A stretch of DNA of 64,000 nucleotides from Anolis carolinensis (lineage: Eukaryota). How positions within the stretch are numbered: position 1 is the stretch's first letter; every line of letters starts with the position of its first letter. The DNA lies in contig NC_085841.1 in assembly GCF_035594765.1 (NCBI RefSeq), forward strand, positions 302,817,402 through 302,881,401, in the 5' to 3' direction. The translations under genes and the position numbers were made by a program. Positions 52,681 through 61,330 of this stretch are shown here, one piece after another. The notes beneath the pieces were generated by a model. The model made no database searches, was not told the origin of the DNA, and worked only from the letters and a program-made list of their open reading frames with translations.

Positions 52681-55600
52681 TGGCATGCAAACAGAGTCTT
52701 ACTCAAGAAGTCTACCTGCAGACTATACTCCCTCAGAAGGTGGATAGCAATCAGGAAGATACTTCATCAAGTACACGACTCCCACAGCTTCAATGTCAGT
52801 TGAAGCAATGAATGGCATCAAGTCCCACCTTGTTTGTTCACATAAAACATGACAGTAGTGTTCTCCGTCAATATTTGTATTGTGGAACCTGTCATATGCT
52901 CCTTGAAACATCTCAGGGCATTGAAAACCATTAGCAGTTCCAGGTAGTTGATGTAATGCGCAGTTTCCATAGCTGACCAAGGCTGATTCATGGAGATATC
53001 TCCAGTGGGCCCCCCAACCCACTTTTGACAATGTCTAGAACTCACACATCTAAGGTTATGGTGGTCCAGATGGGGGTGGAAGGGTGCAAGACGGTCCCTG
53101 AAGAAAGGTGTGGGTTGGTATGATACTGAGTAGGAGTAGGTGTCGGTGGCAGTGTCAAAAGATGAATCAGAGTTGGCTGCCATGGCATTACTCTTTGTCA
53201 TGCCTGACCAGTGTTGCCATTATGTTGGCATCGCTAGGGGATCGTTGGTGTTGCTGTTGGGGTGGCTGGATGGGCTGAGAATGGTAAGGTTGGGAGTGCC
53301 ACGAAAGCAGAAAAGACCACTGGTGTTGACTCTGATAGGGTAGGCCATATTTCTTTGCTGTAGGATGGAATTCTTGATCAGACTTCCGATTTTTCGTCAG
53401 TCCCTACATTGAAAAGTCCGATCTCATTGAACAGAAGGTCCTCTATGTTCTTTCTGGCTTCCATACACAGGCCAGTGGTTCTGAATCAAGCATACCTTCT
53501 GATGACTACTGAAGGAGCAATTTTCCAGCTGAGTCTGCTGTATGTTTTGCCATCTGCATTTAGTGGTGTGCGAGCAAAATGGTCTCTTAACTTAATGTAG
53601 AGAGGGCTGAGCAGTCCTTGTCTGAAAGCTTTGCAAAGAAGGGAGCTGCTTTTTCTCAAATGTGTATCTGACCAACTCCCATACAACCCCATAGTTGGCT
53701 ATATGGATTAGGAGTAAGGCAGTGAAGTACAGTTTTCTCCCAATGGAGTCAAACTTTTAACCTTTCTTGTCATTCAGGGTGGAGCAGGAGCCAGAGGCTT
53801 GTAATGTCTTGAGCACCAATAACTTTTATTGGGGGTGTTTGGATAGCCACCCAGGGTCAGTGTCATTCACCCTGTATCAGGTCTCAATTTTCTTTGAAGT
53901 CAGTGGGATGGATGATGGTGTTTGCCATGAAGCCTTCAGGACCTTGAGTATGTATGGAAGGGTAGCAAAGTATGGGTCATCCACTGCATCCAAGGATTGC
54001 TTCACTTCCGAGTACAAGGGCAGCCATGATCCAGAAGACTTGGTCCATGAAGCCTTTGTGAATGGTCAACCACATGTAAAATTATCTGGGCCAGCTGAAT
54101 GGTTTGGTGCCCCTTCTGAAGAGTGCCCTCAGTCGAAGCATTCCTGCAGAATCTGGAACGACTGGTGACAACACAACATGGATGGCACCTCTGCTGTCGC
54201 TAGTGAGGGTCTGGCTACTGTATCTACTGAGCGGTGAGAGAAGTCAAGGACTTCATCTTCCAAAAGTTCCAAGGATAGAAATGGTAAAGAGGATGGCTGT
54301 GCCACCAGTGGTGATTTGTTGGTTCAGGAAGCTCGAGAGGAGGCAACTGATGCTGGAGGATAAGACTTGTCATCACAGGATAATATAGGTGGCTAAGGAG
54401 GAGTATCCTTTCTCCTCCCTTTTGCCTCCTTTTTTTTTCTCAATTTCACTTCGTATCCCTTTCCTGGGGTAGGGGGGGGTCAGTGAAGGAGAATGTCTTG
54501 GAGTATTTCTCCCCGAGCTGGCTCTAGAGACTTCTTGAAGCCCTTTAAGGCAATGCACATCGAGGAACATGGTGACCCCCCAGAAGTAGATGGTGTTGGA
54601 GATGAAACTGACAACATTGATGGAGCTGGTGGGGTAGGTCTCAAATTCAACTAACAGGATTTTGACTTCACCTTTGATGCAGATGAAGGTTCTCTCAAAG
54701 TTGAAGGCTGTGCTGAAGGCTCCAGTGCTGACTGATATAGAAGGGAGCGGAATGGTGCCTCCTTGTTCTTTCTCGTCTGAAACATGAAGACCTGGCAATG
54801 GAACAAGAGCCTACTACGTGGCCTTTTCCAGACATTTGGAAGGTCCACCTGAGTGAGTGTTCACAGAGGACACGAAGAAGAATATATATCATCCCGGCCA
54901 AAAAGTCTTCACTTTCAAAACATCTATCCTAATTAATCCAGCCAATCTCTTTGGGTTTTGCAATACTGATATAGGGCCAAACATTCTGAAAAACCTTCCT
55001 AAAAGTAAGAACCCATTCATCTACTCAGATGGACATCTCTTTCATAGTGGCTTAATTAACTCTTTCAGATCAGAGATATGCTAGCTTACATCTTAAGGCA
55101 TTTTATAGAAACATTCATTCAAAACTCTACATGCAACATGATTCAAGTTTATGAAGTAAAATAATATATTCAGAATATTTTCATTGTAAATTATAAGTAA
55201 ACTGAAACAACGGGGCTTAGGTTGTGCTCCTTTCAGGAGCAGTAGAAATACCTTATAGAAAGGCAAGGAAAGGCTTAGTCCAGTCCAGGAGTACTTAAAA
55301 GTTAATACCCATCCGCTGTTCTACTCTTTCCATTGTGGCACCTCTTGGGATGCCTGTTTGGAAAATTGTAGTGACTGGCCCCCCATTGGTGCTTTCCCAT
55401 CTCTATGGCATGATCTGTGATCTATCCATGGGTCATATCAAAATCCATAATTTTGGCCTCAAAACCTTCCCTAGATTTATATATGAGGTCAACTTGTACA
55501 CCAGTATACACCATATGTTTCTGTTTGTTACTGCATAAATTATGAATAGCTGGTCAAATTTTCCCCAAATTCTGAAGGGATGATTAAAATGGCCTACTGT

Positions 55601-56196
55601 AACCTATATGCTAACTGGCACAGACAACTTCTACTGGGGGAAGTTGCTTAAGGTGCTACCTTTTTAATTATTCATAGTAGTGCATTTCACATTTTACTGG
55701 GAGAAGCATGTTATCTCAAGGGCAACTATGAATGATACACAACCTGAGGAAAGTTTCAGCACTTAAAAAAGTGTGCATTCATCCTCCAGAACAGCCAAAA
55801 CTAATTATTTTCCTGGACCATGCTGGATACTGTTAGTAGTTGTCTCAAAACATTTTTAGCTTATTTGAATTTTAATGTTTTGATTTTTAATAACTATTTA
55901 AATTATAAGCCCTTGGAGATTATCATGTGGAGAGGGATAAAAATATGTGAATTTAAAAATGCTTACATTGATGTTATTTTTATACTGCCCTGAGAGCTTA
56001 TCATATGTAGACGGATAACAATATCTCAATAAAAATAAATATTCGTCAACGTCCAATTAATGTCTGAGATTCAGAAGAAATATGCATACTATCTCTCCAT
56101 GAACAATAGCACAGCAATTTCCTCTGCCTGCATCTCTTTCACATCACAAACAGCTTTTAAAATGAATAAGAGGTAGCAATTTCTCTTCCCCCTTAC

Positions 56197-56307
56197 CATT
56201 GCTTATTTCAGGCAAGTCAAATTTGGTGAAATCCCACCACTGAAGCCGGTAGGTGGTGTTGGCAATATTACTGGCCACAGCAGACTGTCCATCTCCGATC
56301 ACAGCCC
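56197..56307 (-). CDS. AMBRA1: AMBRA1 coding exon ([36 protein letters not shown])
   Basis: ttttttcttctcag acceptor, gtaag donor, 111 bp, phase 1/1. Confidence 0.96.
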
Positions 56308-56476
56308 CTGAGAAGAAAAAAAGAAAGAAAACATTACTATCTTACTCTCTGAAATTCAAAGACACAGATAAATGATGAAATATTTCCTGATTCCCCAGCA
56401 AAATGAAAGACTTAAGACAGAGGATGCATAAAAGTTAAGGAAAAAGGCAGGCACAACTAAAAATGTTGTCAAATAT

Positions 56477-57348
56477 TATGACGTCCCTGGCTGCGAGAGC
56501 ACTGGAAACCAATACACCGAGGCCAATAAACAATCTAATATCTTTATTAAGGAATTAAGAAATTAAAACGAAAACAAGCAGAAGGTATAGTTCATCAATA
56601 GACCTTCCAGGAAAGGTCAAATATAGTCCAGTAATATATTGTCCAATATATAATATTAGAGTTTAAAGTTTGTAATCCAAAAAACCGAAACGCACTCAAA
56701 CTTCCAAGCAGTTTGAGTGGGGAAATGTCCAAGTCTTTTTTCTAAAGTTCAAAGCAAGTCCAAGACAAGGAATTGGAAACAAGGCTGGATACACGGCACG
56801 ACAAGGCAAGGCTGGATTCATGGCAAGACAAGACAAGGAACACAGCCAGGTAAGGCACAGCAAGGCTGGAAGGTAGTGGACTTAAACGCAGTCCACACTT
56901 GGCTGGAAGTGAAGTTAATCCACCAAACTGGCACGTTGACTCCGCGCTGGCTAGCCAGCGCACAGAACTTTTAAGAACTTTGAATCTTTTCTCGGAACAG
57001 GTGTCTCAACTGCTAGAACAACATCTTGACCAGACGCAATCCTCCCTTAGAATTCTCAGGGGAAAATAGGTTAATCAGCAGATTCCCTTGCTGCTAATCG
57101 CGCGCTTCGTCTCCTGCCAGCTTTCTCCTGTCTTTCAGTTTCCACAAACATCCTTCGATCAAAGGGAGGAGAACTGGGAAGAGAAGACTCCGTTTCAAGG
57201 CCCTTTTTAATGAGCACTGAACTAGAATTGTCAATAGGGAACATCTGGAATGGGGCAGTTTTGCTGAATTGGCAAAAAACCTGTTTCCTCATCACTGTTG
57301 TCCACAATGGAGTCAGGTACACAGCCCAAGGGTCCATGGGACATCACA
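56477..57348 (-). mobile_element. solo LTR, family D, 872 bp
   Basis: 11-bp imperfect inverted termini tatgacgtccc/gggacatcaca, 5-bp TSD AATAT, minus-strand AATAAA at 56548-56543. Confidence 0.88.
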
Positions 57349-57636
57349 AATATTAATGTCAGTTAAAGACAGGATAAGAGAAGTGAACAATAATAAATCA
57401 ACAGGACTACTACACACCAGCATTCACGCTGGAATTCTGACAAAATTGGGTAACTAACTAACCATTATAATACAAAATTCTGAAATTTAACATTTTGGAT
57501 TGTGTGGGATAAGCAGCCAAGAGGTGAAACAAGACTGTGCCAATCATCCCCACTCCTGCATATACTGACAAGCCCTTACCTACTCCTTTCTGCAGGCATC
57601 TGAATCAAAGGTACTGGATCACCAGAAGGAGGGGGT

Positions 57637-57780
57637 CACAGAATCACAGACTTGGAAGAGACCACAGGCCACCCAGCCCAACTCCCTCCCATACAGGAAA
57701 AGCACAACCAAAGCACCCCTGACAGGTGGCCATCCAGCCTCTGTTTAAAAGCCTCCAGAGAAGGATCCCCTGCCACCTAC
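57637..57780 (-). mobile_element. CR1 3' end fragment
   Basis: homologous to 2143-2302. Confidence 0.7.
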
Positions 57781-59973
57781 AACTCTGGGGTAAGGCTACT
57801 CCATCCAGCCCTATTCCCCACTTCTATTTTCATTAAATGTACAAATAATGCTTCAAAAACTAATCTTGCACTAAAATGAAAAAGGCCAGGATAACTAATG
57901 CAGTGTTGTGTTGGGCTTATTTTCAATAAAAAGGATTTGTTCCTGTTCCAGAAGCCATTTAACAATCTCTGCTCCTCTTTCACCAAAAATTATCAATTAA
58001 CCAGTTGCTTAGTTTACAGATTAACATCTTCTGAATAATCTAGCTTCATTCACAGTAAAACACAGAACGATTCATTTGGGAAAAAATAACCTGACTGAAA
58101 TTATGAAGAAATTCTATGTTTGAAGGGACAGTATTGCCGCCTGAGCCTGCAAAGAAGGAAGGATCCAACATCGGGCAAAGGGAGGAGGCAAGAATGTCAG
58201 TGATGATCCTTCCTTCCTTGTCTGGTATTGAAGCTGCTGCTGACAAACCCTCATTTTCAAGCCCAGGTGGCAGGGACCTGGGTTGCAAGGAGGAGAGTGC
58301 AAATGTGGCTCTGGAAGAAGCCTCCTAAGAGTAGGTAAGCTCCATCACTGGCTCCTCATAAGGAGGGATGGGAATGGGAGCACATGGGTGCTCAGTGGAG
58401 AGAGGGGTTGGTTGATCTTGATGGTCCACAATGTATTGGATTTTTTCCCCTCAGTGGTCTCCAAAAGGTTGGGAACCACTGCTCTAAGGGGATGATAGGC
58501 CAGACCAGTCAGCTACTAACCCCTAATAGGACAAGACCAGATGTAATTAGCTTTTTACAGGTATTCTTCTCTGACTCTCCTCTAGAACTTTGAACAAGAG
58601 GGTGCTGCTGAAACACATCCCTTCAAAGCCTCACTGTCCCTAGCACACTGTTGACCACTCAAAAAGCTCTACTGTGAGAAATATGCAGACACAATGGTTG
58701 CAGAGGATGATTTTTCTGTTACTTCCACTATACAGAAAAGGCCTTTTGTTTCAGCTCCAGCCATGTTAAGTCAGACCTGCTTCCATCTCTCTCATTTTAA
58801 CTAATGCCAGCTCAATGGTAAACTGAGGGCCAGCTTTCATCTGCTGGAAGGAGCACTTAGGGAAGAAATTGCTTAATTTTCCTGGCCATTTTCCCATGAT
58901 AGAGGTTAACAGGATCATGGGTCACAGCAACAGGAAACTACCCAAGAATGCCTTGTTATACATTGGATGCAGTTACATTTCTTTCATATGGAATGAGATT
59001 AAGGAAATAAAGTTGACAAACCAATGGAAACATAGGCTTTAAGGAGCAAAAGGGAAATGACACCATTTACCAACACTGGTAAATTAATATTTAAGCTAAG
59101 TATTCTTAGGGAATGTGAATGTTTTATTAGAATGAATATTCTCTGAAGGATGATAGGGAAGACATCAGATCAACAGGACTAAATAAAAACATTCCAGGCA
59201 ATTTGGGCTGTGTCATATCCCAGACGGTCATATTGTTCTAGCAGATGATGCAATGCCAACTGCACTCCACTTGTGTATTGCTATAGGTATATAACTTTCA
59301 GCTGCACCTTATAACAGCAAACATGTCAAACCTCTACTGTATATTTAAAAACTGTCTGGATTTGAACAGAAGTGAAAATGACAGAATATTAACTGCTAAT
59401 ATTTTGAAAGCGGCTAGAAGGAATACTTCAACACCGAAGAGCAAGAGATAATAGTAACATTATGGGAAAAAGTGTGTGCAGACTCCTCTAGGCCTTCGAG
59501 TGCAATTCTGTGGAATATTTGTGGCCAAGTATAGCGAAAACATAGTGTTTGCTATTATCCACCGTTTCAGATATCCACTGGGAGTTTAGACGGTATCCTA
59601 GTCAGATACAAGGATTATACTGTGGGTTGAGTCTCCATGTCCTAGTCTCTGGAACAGCAGAAAAACAAGCTCAGCCATCTCCCATACGACATCATTTCAA
59701 ACATTTAAATATGGCTACGAAGCCACCAAGAACTAGACACAGTATGAATCTGACCAAAACATAATAAAGTGGTACTATTACTTTCTTCGAGCTAGACTTA
59801 CTTATTCATCAGAAATGCAGCTTAAATTTACATTGACTTTTTAAGCTGCTGCTTCACACTGTTTACTCATGATCAGCTCATGGTCTACTAAGACTCCTAG
59901 ACTTTTTCCAGATGTACTTTTGTCAAGCCAAGTAATTAAAAAAAAATCTCAATGCTTTCTATAAGGTAATGCT

Positions 59974-60026
<53 letters not shown>

Positions 60027-60030
60027 TTAT
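59974..60030. repeat. (CTAT)n microsatellite
   Basis: direct observation. Confidence 0.95.
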
Positions 60031-60890
60031 TTGGGGAGGATATCTTTTCAATCTCCAGCCTAGGCCTCTATGGAACGGTTTGAAAACAAACCAGGAATCT
60101 GAGGAAAATATATGCTTTGACCATGATAAAGTTGTTTAAGACAGAGAGCTTAATTTTGGTCAGCCCTTTTGTCATTTATGGAAATTACAAATTGTGTTAT
60201 AATTTCAACTGATTAATTGAGCAGGATTTTATTAATTAAAACTCTAAGATATTTGAATTCTGAAAAACCAAGACGAAATATATATAAGATTTTAAGTTCC
60301 CTTTGAAATGCCAGTGGTAGTTTTATACAAAATAATTTAGGTTTGTTATAATTGATTTTTAATTCAATATATATCTGAAATATATTTAGAATGTTTTTGA
60401 GTGGGGTGATGCAATTCACAAGATTGTTAAAAAGAGAAACATGTATAAATTAATGTTATAATGAGTACTTTTTACTTAGTGTCTTTTAATATCTACATGT
60501 TTTCTAATTGCACCTGCTAGAGTAACCGTGAAAGATGACAACCTTGTCAGGTTTCTTAACAGAAATTGAATTTCTGCACATTACAATCATTAACTAATAC
60601 AAGCTGAGGATGCCTTAACAAAATGCTTGGGTGTTTTGGATTTTTGGCTAAAGACAATCTTATACACCAAGTTTTTAATAATGTCTTCATTACTAAGGCA
60701 TCCACCTCACTCCAAATAAAAATTAGACAAAATACCAAGATGCAGAGAGGCTTAAAGAAAATTCACTGAAAAATCAGAATGGAAAATTATTACTAGAAAG
60801 AGGGAGAGTTTGGGATTTTAGGTTGACATGATTGAATTGTCTCTGTTTATACTTACGACAACCCAAAGCATTAATCACTTTTTAGTCAAC

Positions 60891-61255
60891 TGTCAGGCTC
60901 ACTTCAAAGGACCAGTCTGAACGCAGATCAAAGATAGCTGCTCTCAAATCCAATCTTTATTGAAGAATACATGACTTTGGAAAAGTCGAGAATGACCTAA
61001 TGTTTACATACATTCAATTTTATCACTTCTGATGCAACGTAATACCACACGCAAATATCATCATCAAATCCCACCCTCTGGATCACATTACTACCATTCC
61101 CACACTATATCAATTATAATTGTTTATACTTCCAACCCTGAGTTCCCAGGCTCATTTTATCTTCTCCCGCCAGGTGCTTGCAGGGTTATTTATGTTATGT
61201 TATGAAGCCAGATTCAGGGCTTGGAAATTCAGCCCTGGGATTTGGCTCCATGACA
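60891..61255 (-). mobile_element. 3' LTR (365 bp, family E) of the Gypsy element
   Basis: TGTCA...TGACA termini, directly follows the PPT, AATAAA at 60961-60956. Confidence 0.92.
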
Positions 61256-61290
61256 TGGCGCCCTCGTTTTCTTCGTCCTCCTCTTCGGTT
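61256..61290 (-). promoter_or_regulatory. polypurine tract
   Basis: gaagaggaggacgaagaaaacgagggcgcca abutting the LTR TG. Confidence 0.75.
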
Positions 61291-61330
61291 CTTCTTTCAT
61301 CATAATCCTGAAACAAATCAAACAATAACT

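Larger units (their letters stand above)
49029..54900 (-). mobile_element. decayed DIRS-type (tyrosine recombinase) retrotransposon with nested insertions
   Basis: RNase H-like HYINYLELL...TENTTVMFYVNKQGGT (52818-52970); YR-like LCFDHPYL...VILRPDSTFLPKAISYFHLNQDIVLP (51430-51570); inverted terminal/ICR pair 49029-49083 and 50979-51034; 5' boundary approximate. Confidence 0.8.

Noticed and set aside
56770-56870. Short repeats (caaggctggat...) resembling a CRISPR-like array
   Set aside because: Internal tandem repeats of LTR D in a eukaryotic genome; no unique spacers
60200-60860. Possible decayed L1-like fragment
   Set aside because: Too degenerate to support by eye
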